A stretch of DNA of 64,000 nt, from NCBI GenBank assembly GCA_002633005.1, contig NMRA01000106.1, positions 539,655 through 603,654 on the forward strand, written 5' to 3'. A program made the position numbers and the translations under genes. The notes beneath the pieces were generated by a model, which saw only the letters and a program-made list of their open reading frames with translations, was not told the origin of the DNA and did not search any database. The DNA comes from Phoronis australis. Lineage: Eukaryota > Animalia > Phoronida. Of this stretch, positions 51,686-64,000 are shown one piece after another (position 1 is the stretch's first letter; each line of letters starts with the position of its first letter).

Positions 51686-52366
51686 CGCATCGCCAAAAAT
51701 TTCTTAACTGAATTTTGACAGAGTGGATTTGAAAAATGGCGCTATGTGGTTCTAGATGGCTGAACGCTGACTGTGAGGAACTCATCGCCGTGTGAAAACG
51801 GAGGAAAATGAAGCCTGAGAGACGAATATAAGAGGGATAGAAGGAACCCGGACACGGGGGAAATAGAGAACGAGAAAGGCAAAGCACAGGGGGAAGGAAG
51901 GGAACTATACAGAGAGAAATAAAAATATGAGCAGGATTTTGTTGGGAGAGCTTCAGACGCAGCAGGTACATTTAGGCCGTCACCAGAATACATCCTTTAC
52001 AATAGGTCATTAATTATCCGTGTAAAGTGAATGAATGTTTGGGAAGCTGTAACTTGGCACTTTGATTTTCAGCTGACGGCAGTGGTCACTCGCGACATCA
52101 TGCAATAATTGCTGTTGAATAGCGCTAAATTAACGTTATTGGTTCCTAACAGATAACTCACTGGATAACTTAAATGACGTTATGACTGAATTACTACGCG
52201 ACAAAATAGTTAAAATGAACAGAGTTGTCTCGGAGATAAAAAGCAGCAGCACGTCTCGCGCCATGATAAATTTCCCAACTCTTTCTGCATTCCAGAGCAA
52301 AACGGGCGAATTGTGTAAAGATTCTTGGACTAGAGTTCAAGTGGCATAGAATGTCAAACACATTAA

Positions 52367-52797
52367 ATTGCATCTCAGACAGATTAAACGATGTTTCCAA
52401 TCTGTTGTTTTATATATCTGAGATTGCCTTATTCGAAGTGGTTCTCTGCCACTGACTCATATTGAGTCAAACTGTTCACCAGATATTTTACGTTTTTTTG
52501 TACATATTTTGAATTTCTGTTGATGTCAAAGCGATTTTCTTTTGATTTCAAATTTCAAAAAAAGATCTGTCAAGTGCTCGTCACTTCTTTGATTTTCCTC
52601 CCACACGGCAAAGCACCTTTCCTTATTTAGTATGGCCAGACTTTGGTATAAACAAAACAATGGCGAATTCAAGCAGTAGTCAATTCGTCCTCTTTGAGCG
52701 CATGCGCGCAATATCCAAAGCGAATAATTCACAAGAAGCAGAATCGCCAAGATATGTTTAAAAGGTATTTTTACGAGTTTTCGCGTTCCCTTCCTCT
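52367..52797. mobile_element. TTAA-flanked (Kolobok-like) MITE, copy 2
   Basis: Homologous to 28767-29255; right end cgcgttcccttcctct|ttaa; left boundary approximate. Confidence 0.55.
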
Positions 52798-54912
52798 TTA
52801 AAACATTTGTTGGAGCAAATTCCATTCCGCATGAGATGGTGACTCGGGTGTTCTAGTTAACCAATCAGTCGACAACAATGGATAATTTTTAAGCACACTG
52901 TCTCCTACAACAGATGTCTAGCACCTTAGTATTGAGGATATTGTGTATAATTCCTGGCAATTTTCCTTTCATGCGCATAAGTAATCACTACATGAATCGT
53001 AGCAGATGATCCTAATCTTATCGACATTGTTGAGTGTCTGAATTACCCTTCCATTCAACGTCGCTTCCTCTGCTTTTGAATGTTGGAGAAATTTCAAGTG
53101 ATTTCAATAAAAGACAACATTTACGCATATGTTTCATCTTGATTATGATCTTGTAACCCACTCCTGAAGCAGTAAATTCTACAAGCTTTGTCTTCACTCT
53201 GTTTAAAACTAATCTAGTATTGAGACCAAGGTAGTAATTTCCTTAAGCCGTACTGAGCATGGCAGACATTTTGAAGGACGGGTTGACTGCAAAAAGTGAA
53301 CAGGGCGGGAGGAGGGTCGTTTACCTGGCGCACGTGAATGGCTTTATGAAGACAAACAAGCGTACATAATCCTTTACCAGAATCCTTTACAAGTTTTAAT
53401 GGCCCTACCTTTGAAACAATCGCGCTACGTGCAAGTATGCATTGTTATTGAACCAATGGCAGTCTGAACAACGAGCTCGCACATTTCGAATCACGAATTA
53501 GCTTTTTCGAGTACCATTTCGCAGTGAAGTAGTTAACAATGATGTAAATGTATTATTGCCTTTCTGACGAACCCGGACACATCAATATCTTCGAAATCAA
53601 TGAACGTTTATCATTCTACTTTGCTTACTGTTTCACGAGGCACTGCACCCTCTTGGGAATTGCATTGTTTATCAGTGAATTTTCATAACTGCGTTTGAAA
53701 TAAACATGAAGGAGAATAATTGTTTAAAGTGCGCCTGAGAGTTTGGAAATGGAGCTGTTATTACTTGTTTATATTGCCGCTGATGAACAGTGAATGGAGT
53801 TATTTTTTACTTAAAATAATTTGCGATGTATTGATTTTTAATACGATCAAAGAATATTTCTGTGTCAATTAAGCTTGAGACGGAAAATTTAAGTAAGCGT
53901 GGTTGGCTTTATGCGNAAGGGGCAAAACCCGCCATATTGCTCTTGTTTGGACCCGAGTCTTTGCTACACACGCTAAATTTTACTGGAGTTCTTATGGTGA
54001 ATTTTACGCTTAATAGATGGTAGATGGATCGTGCATTAACTGTGAATGGGTGAAGAAAATGTGAACTTGTTATGTTGTGCGAAGCTGTGAACGGACTGAA
54101 ATTGGAACTCAACCCGGTCTATTCCTGAATGCCGCAGGCATACCGGGACGATAGTTTATCCCCATAAAAAGTTACTCACTTCAAAATACAGCAAATAAAA
54201 TCAAATGAAACATGCATATGCGCACATGGAGTTATAATTAACACATACCCTGACTCTGGTTACAATTTACAGTAGTCTACAAATAACTTGAACCTTTCCA
54301 TGAAAACCTCGCGGTTCGCTCAAGGCTCTCTCAGGGCTTTATTTTGAGGAAGTTACGTGAAATCACGAACAATAAGTCCAAGGAACACAAATCTTACAAA
54401 TTCACTTGATATGTTCTCGTGTTTTTTGCAAGTGTCACGCGGCAGGTCTCGCGCTTCACTCAGTCTCGCGCAAGCCTTTGCCTCATACTCACCTGACCAG
54501 TTGAACTACTTTGTGGTTATCGCGCGCGCGGTTTAAGTTAACTGTAACCACAATGTGGAGTTGGAATTCTTCTTCACCTGAATTCCCTTAGCTATGCTTC
54601 ATCGAAGATATGTTTAGAAGCAGAAAGGACCACTGGATAAAGTTAGGTGATAATTTTAGATGTAGAATTATTTTTGACGAGGTGAAACTTAATCAGTGAG
54701 CGGATTTCGCCTATCGTCCGTTTAAAATACACGAAACGAAATTAGTACATAACGCGATAGAACGTATTGTAGTGCGAATCTGAATTTCATTTGCCATGAC
54801 AGCAATGCTTGTTTGGCATTTTTCGAACTAAACGGCCAAAAAGTGGAAGAAAATAACATAATACACTCTGCTAACGTATTGGGCAAATTAGCCCAACGAC
54901 AAGCTTTTGCCC

Positions 54913-54955
54913 CACTTCCTGTGACGTCACAGTTAAGTCTCACGTAATCTCGCGT
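54913..54955. promoter_or_regulatory. Candidate promoter motifs: ETS site abutting a CRE palindrome, plus TCTCGCG half-sites
   Basis: cacttcctGTGACGTCAC at 54913-54930 and aatctcgcg at ~54946; motif presence only, no functional data. Confidence 0.3.
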
Positions 54956-55138
54956 TATTGTTATAAACTCGCAAAAGGACTATTTTCACAGATACTCAAC
55001 ATATGTATTATAGAGAGACATCCCAATTTTCCTACTGCCCGAAGACCCGTTAGTCCGAAAGCTGCATGTTTCCGGTTTCTCCTGCAGCCTATTGATCCGG
55101 AGACCCTTTGATGTCAGGACTTCCTTTTTTCTTCGCAA

Positions 55139-56135
55139 GTGACGGTGTCATATGTAAACTTCTTGCCGTCAAAGTTGACAAAATCTCAAGGCAACTGACA
55201 AGTGTATCGATTAATGGTAAAGACTGCCTTCCTGCGTCATTCAAAGTTTGGGAAAATTAGAAAAAGGCTTCGTTTTTTCGAAGGATATTCAGGTTTATCA
55301 GCAACTTTTCCCCAACAATGAAACGCTACGAAGAACTGATTGCTTCGCAGGCATTGAATTTGGCTGCTTCATGTTACGTAATCGGTTGTGTGCAAGAAAA
55401 TAAATACCTGCCATTCTTGATGATTAGACCTTAGGTCAAAGGGATTCAAGATGGCCAATATACGAAAAGGCCTTGACTTTGGCTACTGCGCTCAATCGGT
55501 TATAGAATTTGCAAAGTTCCACGCTCTTGGCCTTGCTCAGAAGTGAACTCCAGAAGTTGAGGAACGCTTTGAATTTACTTTGGAAGAAACCGCTCGGACA
55601 GATAACACACTTTGTTTGCTTGGAGAACTTTGTTTAATTTCCTTTCATACTTCTCTTGACCTGGCAGTAGAAAACTCTCAAAGTAAAGTTGTTCACGAAA
55701 AAGCAACTGAATTTTGACTCAACTCCAGTGATCAGTTGCTAAAATTCTTTCAACAACAGTTGGTTAGTGAAGAACCCAACGCAACAATATGTTTAAGAGA
55801 TTTTACGTGTCGTAACCTAATGTTTAGGTATGATACTGTCAACGGAGAGACAAAACAGGTCAGTGTCAATTGCTTGGACTTTCAAATGATATCCTATCAG
55901 ATGCCTGCCAAAGACTTGGCCAAGTTTTTGTGCACTACCAGACAAGGAAAGGCCATATGTACAACTTCTTTCGGCTGTACAGGATTACGATAGCTTCATG
56001 TCTTTCATAAAAAAATTTTATTTTGATTTTCCATCTTATACTTACAAAGAGTTTAAGAACTACCCTCATGAGGATCGTCTATAAGGAATTGTGTACGCCG
56101 TGAAACAAGCAGTCAAAAGAGTAGCGAATTGGTGA
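55139..56135 (+). pseudogene. Unprocessed pseudogene of the EcKL kinase-like gene (inverted duplicate of 62261-63405)
   Basis: Collinear similarity: LAVKV.., KDIQVYQQLF, MKRYEEL, IRKGLDF, EFAKFHALGLA, CLRDFTCRNLMFRYDTVNGETK, LDFQMISYQMPA; several frameshifts, stops and a 3' deletion. Confidence 0.9.
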
Positions 56136-57169
56136 GCAAGAAAACTCCTTTGCTGAGTAAGATTCCTTCGTAAAAATACCTTCGTTAAGGAGGAACAGAA
56201 CAGTTCTCACTAGGTTTTGCTCAGCAAAACACATGTCAATTGATTTGTCACCTTTTCTTCACTCTGTCGAAAACTGGAGGCAAAGAATGACATATTTTCA
56301 GTTATTTCACATAAAAACCCCTACAGATGAGCGCAGAAACTTTATTGTGTCTCGTAGTTTTGGCCCTTTCACTCCTTCTGAACAGCAAGGTAGGCTAAAA
56401 AAGGGGCAAAAAAGCACAAAATCGGCACTTTTCACCCCAAAAACACCACTTCCCTGCCGATACACGACTAAAGCCAATATTAGATTCTGAAAGCAAATTT
56501 TCTAACAATTCCGAAAATGTGGTACAAAAGTACTGTCGACTAACTAGTTTGTTTTTTTTTTTGGCAATTCTGGCTTGTTTGAGTGCTACCTGAAATCGCA
56601 GCCAATTTCTCAGTCGCTGCCCACCAATGCACAATGGCAACCGGGGGCCGCCATCTTGAAGAAGAGTGCAGCTACACCCAAACAAATGTTCTCATGTTCA
56701 CAAACACAAACAAGCCATATTCACTGAGCTTACCTGCAATGCCTACCTACAAAATGCCCCCAAACTTGGGTTACCCCAAAACTGGCCGGGGCAGCAGCCT
56801 AACTGTTCAGTGTCACCTAACCAGCGCGCGTGAAGTAGACGTTATGCTTGTTACAAAAGTCACCAAAACATTTTTGGTTTTGAATTTGTTGCGGATAGGT
56901 TCGAACCTGAACTGTGGACTGCGCCAAAATGTAGAAAACCGTTTGTTTGGACTTTTAAAGCTGAATAACGTGCACCAAAGTTAAACTTTATATCGCATCA
57001 CTTTCAAAACAATGGTCGCACTCGTACGTTATGCGCCACCCGGGACAACTCTGGTATTTTCGTAGTCTCAAATTTCTCTTCTGAGGAAAATTTTATGTGT
57101 AGACCTCAGACACACGACAACGCTTGTGGCCTTCAAATTGAGAGAATGATTGACCGTTTGACTGAAGTT

Positions 57170-57802
57170 CGCACATGCGTAAATTTCTGAACAGTGTATC
57201 ACTGAAAACCATTTTCAATGCTATCATTCAACCTCATCTAGATTATTGCCTCCCGGTGTGGGGCGTTGCATCAGGCAAGGATATTAAAACCATCCAGGTT
57301 ATCCAAAATAGGGCTGCCCGGATAATTCTGGGAGCTGGTGTGAGTGATATTAACATTGAAAATCTTCATACGGAGACTGGAATAATGAAAATATACACAA
57401 GACATAAATTCCTATCTGCTTGGTGTAAGTACAAATGTTTTAAACGTCTTGTCCCAACATACGTAAGTGCTAAGTTTGAGATGACTACTAATCGCTTCAA
57501 TACTAGGTCCTCGTTATCATCCAACTTCAATCTTCCGAAACCCAGAAACGAAACTGAGAAAAATCATGTTCCTACAGCGGGTCCTATTTAATGAACTCAC
57601 TCCCTACAGATGCCAAATCTGCATCATCCTTTATAACCTTCAAAAGAATTATAATAAATAGATTTAACTTCATGTAGATGTGTTCTGTTTAGCAAACTTA
57701 CCTTCAGTATCCCCATATCAGATTATTTTTTATTCATGTGTATATGTGTGTATGTCTGTGTATGTAGTAGTGTATTCATGTGTATGTTTGTATTTATGCA
57801 TG

Positions 57803-57836
<34 letters not shown>

Positions 57837-58257
57837 TGTGTGTATTTATATATGTCTGTATGTATGTATGAATGTTAATGTATGTATGCACTTATGTATA
57901 TGTGTGTATAAGAGTGCATGTGTATACATGCGTGTATGTATATGTTATGTCTTACATTTATTAATTATTTATTGTCTGTTTTTAATCATTTATATATTTA
58001 TTGATATTCTTGTTTTAGTTAATTTTCTTGTCTTACTTTCTTTATCTTCTATTTATCATATTTTTTCTATTTTTTTATTTTTTCATCGGTCTTTTCATGT
58101 TAATTTCTTATTCTGTACTGATTATTTAAATATTGTCATTTTGTAATTGTGTTAGTTTGTCTCACTGTCACCATGTTTTTACCGACGGTCCCATGGAAAG
58201 CAGTGTGGACTGATGGGACTACTCTCATTGTAAATATTACATTAGTAAATAAATAAA
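57170..58257 (+). mobile_element. 5'-truncated L2/CR1-group LINE (ORF2 C-terminus plus 3'UTR)
   Basis: LKTIFNAIIQPHLDYCLPVWG..IQVIQNRAARIILG..NTRS..LPKPR; 3'UTR with microsatellite ending aaataaataaa. Confidence 0.85.
57736..57950. repeat. (TGTA)n/(TG)n compound microsatellite in the LINE 3'UTR
   Basis: Direct reading. Confidence 0.9.
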
Positions 58258-60333
58258 CGTAGATAAGAGCGGGGATAACTTTGGGGCTACGAAAATACCC
58301 GAAGTGTTCGGTATGCTCCGAGGGCAATTTTCAGGCTACAAAAATTTCCGTGGTGTAAGGATGATCGGACGCTTTAGGAGTTCATCAAAAATAACATTTT
58401 TAGAAAACTTCAGATACATTACACTTTTATCAATATTTATAGATGAATACAGGCGTGCGTTCCATAGAGGCGAGAACTTTACAAAAAAGCAAAAACACTC
58501 GAAACTTCATGAGATATCGCCATGTATTACATGTGAAGCACATGATCACTCTAGCTTCTTCAGCGAGATTCTTGCGTCGACGAAACTCCACCCAGATACT
58601 CTCATACAAAGGATTTCAGTGACATATCTAAGATTACTATTCCAAATATAAAAACAAATACAGGTATACATTTCAATATAGATGCATTATACCACATCCA
58701 AAATAAGATACTCTTAGATATGAGTATCACGGCATTGTTTTTTTTGGTAGTTAACGCCGCTTTGGCATTGAGAACAGTCAGTATTTAGCAAGAGCACTAA
58801 CCTGTGTACAAGTTACCTCCGTACTGTAATGATCGTACATGTTTTAGGCCTATTTTAGTTTTATAGACGCTACAAAATAAAACATGTATACAGTTCCTTC
58901 GTTTAACATTTAGAATAAAAAATAAAGTTGTAACGTACTCGGCATTTGATCGAATGCACGGTCCATCATTCGAGTATTAAAGACCTGGTTGCAAAATGCA
59001 CATGTGGTTCCAGTATCCGGAAATACTTACTAAATAAAATCTTATTTACGACACCCTTTCTTTATATTCTTTTCGCCTTTCTTGCCAAAAGCGATTTTTA
59101 ACCGTATTTGACCCTTCTCTGTGAGCGTATAATTACCGGCTTTCATCGTACCCACATTTCCGGCTCATCAGTTCAGGAACTTGTCTTGAACGCCGCCATT
59201 TTTTCCATGTAACTGAATGTGCTATCGCTTGCTCGAAAAGTCTTCATTATTTTGTTTTATTAGTAATACCTCGTGATTAGTTTGCATATGTAGTGTATTT
59301 ATAGTTTGTAGTTTGGTCGTTGAATTTTTTGGAATGTTACGCGTACTTATTATGTTAAAATAGCATTGGTGTTTAGTTCCTTATGTAGGCCGGTCTAACC
59401 TAGGAACCAAATGAATATGGGTCGAACCAATTTTTTTTCGTTTTGATTTTTCTTCTCGTTTTGAAAAAGTACTTTGCTATCATCGGAAAGTTAGTGCATT
59501 CTACTCAGAAAAAATAAAAAAGTATCAAAATCGGGGCAAGCAGTGTAAAGTTATTGCAATTTTTGTGGCGAAATTTGGGTCACTTTGTTTGGATCGCGTC
59601 GGTCATATTGGAGGACAGCGGATAAGCTACGAGTTTAAAACTTTGTGTAAATTGTTTTCGCCAACAAATTACGGTTAAATTTAGTTAGACATATCTTTAC
59701 TTACTATTCTGCACGATTTAACAGTGTTCACCAAATTTCATCCTCGCAGTTGTTACTCATTAAGTGATAAATGTGCTCACAATTCCTGTTGGACTTCGTC
59801 TCATTTCTGGCGGCACTGACAACATGGCGAATTGTGCTGAACTGAAAGGCATGTTCAATCGGCTACTTTGTATTTGTGAAGATTTAACGTTGACAAACGT
59901 TGCTACAAAAAAGGAACTTTGTTCAGTTTTCGTGTTTTTTGTGCAAAAAATAAGGTATATTCAAATTATTTTACTGTGAATTTCCCATTCAGGGGATCTT
60001 ACACTAAGCTAAAAAATAGTTGAAATAATTTTGATGTTTTTTGTTTGACTGTCAACTGCTGTTCAGGACTTGATTCGGTGTCACAAAATGATTCATATTT
60101 TTCTAAATTTTAAGTCTCAATTGCTTTCAAGTCATGTTTTGTATCTTATTGCTTCTTAATTCAGGTTATCAAGTCAACAATATGAATAAAATTAATTTGG
60201 GAAATAAGCCTCCAACTCTTGTTCCTTGCAACTTCATATTTTTTTAATCATGCTTGTCGAATTCTGGTGTAAGGAAACACTATTCGGTCCCCATGGTAAG
60301 TCCACTTTCATGTCATGGAAACTTTTGCTGTTG

Positions 60334-60546
60334 CATGCGCGCACCCAGGGGGGGGCTCGGGAGGGCTCGAATGAGCCCCTCATTTGGCGAAGTTGGCAAA
60401 AAGGTCCGCCCCCGAGAGACAAAAAGCCCGAGAAAATGGGACTAAAGAAGCGCAAACGCGCAATTCACAGTGGTGCTCCCGTTTTTCTTTTTTTTTTTAG
60501 TCCGCCCACTCTTCGAGCCCCCATATTGAAGGCTGGGTGCGTGCAT
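60334..60546 (+). mobile_element. MITE family B with 5-bp TSD (hAT5-type); degenerate relatives at ~60675-60903 and ~47960-48009
   Basis: CATGCGCGCACCCAG ... CTGGGTGCGTGCATG flanked by TGTTG on both sides. Confidence 0.8.
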
Positions 60547-61034
60547 GTGTTGAATAGTATTTGTAATGCTAAATATTGTAAAGTATTGCACATTATAAGT
60601 TACTTAATATGTTAAAAGTTTGAATCATTTTGGGTTAATGAATAAAAATGATAACATTGGACTTGTCACACTTATGTGCTCGAACAAGCCCCCTATTTGG
60701 AGAATGGAAAAAGGTCTGCCTCACTCAGAGAAGCACGAATTCCGAAAAAATATAAAATAAGACAATATTCCACTAGAAGACAGGAAGTATCACAATTTAG
60801 CGTCTGAAATTCATAGCTCTGAACATACCCAGTGAATCTATAGTAAAAGATAGACATTCCCAAAAATCCAGGCCCCCCATTCTTTTAGGCTTGGTGCGCT
60901 CATACAAAGTCTGGGCAAATCTCTTAAGCCAACAACTTCAGTTCGCCAGAAGTGCCCAAGTTCTAAATAAACCTCGTTTGAGCGAGCGCTGTGGCCAGCG
61001 ACCAGTTAGGCCAAAGGGTAGCCTTGGCGCAAAG

Positions 61035-61191
61035 CTGACGTGCGTTCAGTAGACGCTAGGACCTACGCTAGGACCTAGCTAAAACCTAGCCAAAGTCACG
61101 TGTTCTCATTTAAAATACAGGGCAATACCTCACGTAATCTCACGTAGTCTTGCTTTTTAGCGAGGTCCTAGCGTTACTGAACGGGAGGCTG
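61035..61191. mobile_element. MITE family M1, copy 3
   Basis: Homologous to 4474-4629. Confidence 0.8.
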
Positions 61192-61574
61192 TATATGCCT
61201 ACATGTACTAACAAGCTGTATTTTGACTATAGTCTTCACTGGTAGCTGGTACTGAGGCTAGCTAAGGTCTGCCGCGGCAGTGTAACACAGGACTAACCAG
61301 CCCGTAATTTCATGCAAGTGTCTGAAACTATCTTTAAATATATGCGGCATTTATGATTCGAGCATTTTACTTCGACAAAACAGCTCGCAATCGCATGCAT
61401 TTACCGTGCGCCAGTGTCTGATCGTGATCGGCACCGGGTCCGATACGCGGCTAGACCTAAGGAACTTGGACTGTTTATATGCAAACGGACACAGGAGGCT
61501 GAGAGGGCCGCCATTGCGAAAATCGTTTAGCAGACGACTAACAAAAAACTCTGACCCTCAGGTATAAAGAAAAC

Positions 61575-61730
61575 CAGGCGTGCGTTCAGTAACGCTAGAA
61601 TCTAAGCTAGGACCTAGCTAAAATCTAGCCAAAGTCACGTGTTCTCATTTAAACTACACGGCAACATCTTAAGTAATCTCGCGAAGTCTTGCTTTTTAGC
61701 GAGGTCCTAGCGTTATTGAACAGGGCGCTG
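61575..61730. mobile_element. MITE family M1, copy 4
   Basis: Homologous to 4474-4629. Confidence 0.8.
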
Positions 61731-62260
61731 GAATGACATCCCGATTTTAACGGAACCACTAAGTTAGCACCTATCCAGGAGGGGAGTATTGGGAGAACGT
61801 CGGGACAAGAGCAAATGAAGACAAAAGAACTAAGCTCATGGAATGCAACGGTAGCCTACCTGTGAATTGTCAATGGGGCGGAACTTTGGGGAGGGGGGAC
61901 ACGTGCGGAGAAACACCGCTATGGACCTAAAAAGGGTGACAAAAATTCTGAACGAAACATAAAAAATTGCCTTTGTTTTCAAAACTGGTATAAGTACAAT
62001 ACATGATTGAACTGCAGTCACAGGTCTTATTATTTATTTGTGAAACGCGGCTCCGTGACAAATATCTGCTAATATAGTATATTTGACTTTCGCTGTCATG
62101 TGATACTGACGATTAAAGAGAAAACTTACTACTGGTAAAAATCACCGCCATATTGTCGTCTTATCGGTTACAGGAGCTATTTTTATCCTCGCCAATGCTT
62201 ACTCGTTTCTGGCGCTAGTGAATTTCAGCTGAGTGAAGTGTATCAAGCATGCTCGTTGTC

Positions 62261-63405
62261 TTACAATAGTTCGTCTTCACAAGCCTCGATAAAAAGTTCA
62301 CCAATTCGTTCTGACTGGCCTGCTTTTCCGATTGCTTGTTTGATTTTTTGGACAAAAATTTCTCTGCGTGGAGCTCCGTCCAAGGTTGTAAATGTAGGGA
62401 CATCTTCGGGATCGATTACCAAAAACGGAAGCAAATGCATGGCGTACACAATACCACATAAGCGAGCTTTTTGAAAGTGATTCATAAACTGCTCATACGT
62501 GTAAGGTGGGAACTCAAGACTTAGTTGCTTTCCAAAAGACATGAAGCTATCGTAATACAGCCGGAGTAGCTTGTTCATGTGACGTTTCCTTGTTTGGCGA
62601 AAGGTGCCGGTGTATAAAAAGTTGACCAAGTCGTTAGCAGGCATCTGATAGGATATCATTTGAAAGTCCAAACATTTAACACTGACCGGTTTTGTCTCTC
62701 CGTTGACAGTATCGTACCTAAACATCAAGTTACGACACATTGAATCTCTTAAACATACTGTTGCATAGGGTTCTTCATTATCCAACTGCAGTTGAAAGAA
62801 CACCTCCTCAGTGGACTTATGTCGAAATCCAGTTGCTTTCTCGCACACAACTTTACTCTGAGAGTTGTCTACTGCCAAGTCAATAGAAGCAAGCTCGGAA
62901 ACTAGGCCAAGCTCGCCAAACCAACACCGCATGTTGTCAGTATGAACGTTTTCTTCCAAGGCAAATGCAAAGCGTTCCTTAAACTCAGGAGTTGATTTCA
63001 AAGCAAGACCAAGAGCATGGAACTTTGCGAATTCTGTTACTGCTAGAGCACAGTGGTCAAAGTCGAGGCCTTTACGTATATCGGCCGTCTTGAATCCCTC
63101 AGACCTGAGGTCATGCATTATTAGATATGGCGGATATTCTTTGTCTTGGAGACACCCGGTGACATAACGAGGAACAGACAAATTCAATGGTTCCAAAGCA
63201 TTCAGTTCTTCGTAGCGTTTCATCGCTGGGAAAAGCTGCTGATAAGTTTGAATATCCTTGGAGAAAAACAAACCTTTTCTTGTCATTTTTCCATACTCTG
63301 AATGACACGGGAAATCAACATTTGCAATAAGTCGATAGACTTCCCCGTTACCTTGAGATTTCGTTTCAACTTTGACGGCAAAAATACTGCTCAAGGCATT
63401 GTCAC
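62261..63405 (-). CDS. Ecdysteroid kinase-like (EcKL/DUF227, CHK kinase-like) protein, large terminal exon; first exon not located (probably beyond the window)
   Basis: Acceptor ttctttgcag|GT GAC AAT (GDN..S motif). Uninterrupted 377+ aa frame with F.KD...Y, VPRY, LIMHDLRSEGF, GLDFDH..LA..AKFHA, D....NLMF, LDFQ, DL..FLY, LLRLYYDSF. Confidence 0.9.
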
Positions 63406-64000
63406 CTGCAAAGAAAAAGAACCTTCTGATATTTAACTAGCTTCTCATCTAGTGAGAGGAATTGTTACGGTTTAATTGCTGAAAGCTCCTGATCTTTCAA
63501 TACATAAAAGTCTAGGGCTTGGGGTTTATGTTGAAAGAACGATGCTTTGATATTACTGTATAGCACCCCCAGAAACTGAATGCAAATAAATGTCAGGGGT
63601 CTGTTTGACGGTAGCACCGGAGGCGGGGGGCTATGCGGGGGTTATGCCTTGCAAATTCACTTTAATGAATCCCCTTTGCTTGTGCTTAAGAAGTTGTTGG
63701 GTCGAGAAATGTCAATTTATTGGATTGTAAATTCTCTTTTCCTCACAATGCTGGTTACAGAAAGTAATGCAGGATAATATCCTGAGACCAGTCGGCTCCA
63801 ATCTGTCTTGGCTCTGGCTCAAGCACGAGCTATTACGACACCAACCATATTTGTTGGTTCTCCGGATATGGTTGACAAAAATCAATGGGAGTAATCCTCG
63901 CCTGTTTCTATTCAAGTCTCGCACAGTACAAATATATCGCAAGAACATGTAAATTTGAGTCACTACTCTTCATTTCGGTTTTATTTCTTCAATATTAATA

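Noticed and set aside
51509-51993. Lys-rich and Phe-rich ORFs
   Set aside because: Translations of A-rich and GA-rich low-complexity tracts.
57680-58146. Cys/Val/Tyr/Met-rich or membrane-protein ORFs
   Set aside because: Translations of a (TGTA)n microsatellite and T-rich LINE 3'UTR.

Overview
Animal (probably marine invertebrate) genomic DNA: AT-rich, intron-containing and dense in transposons. Two host genes could be assembled exon by exon with consistent splice phases. SNRNP25 (U11/U12 snRNP 25 kDa) is on + with 5 coding exons at 6566-11865 (178 aa). A convergent TBCEL-like gene is on - with 9 coding exons at 14501-34849 (542 aa) and an extra ~90-aa acidic/polar segment. A third gene is the large last exon of an ecdysteroid-kinase-like (EcKL) protein (-, 62261-63405) with altered catalytic motifs; an inverted pseudogenised copy lies at ~55.1-56.1 kb. 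Mobile DNA includes a disrupted Ginger-type integrase transposon (Cys-rich + Ulp1 + PHD tail), an internally deleted Academ element, two THAP-type Kolobok copies and the polB end plus terminus of a Polinton next to an assembly gap. There are also several LINE remnants, MITE families (some with 5-bp TSDs) and a 36-bp minisatellite. No CRISPR array, rRNA or intact tRNA was seen. Family assignments rest on motif recognition from memory, not database searches.
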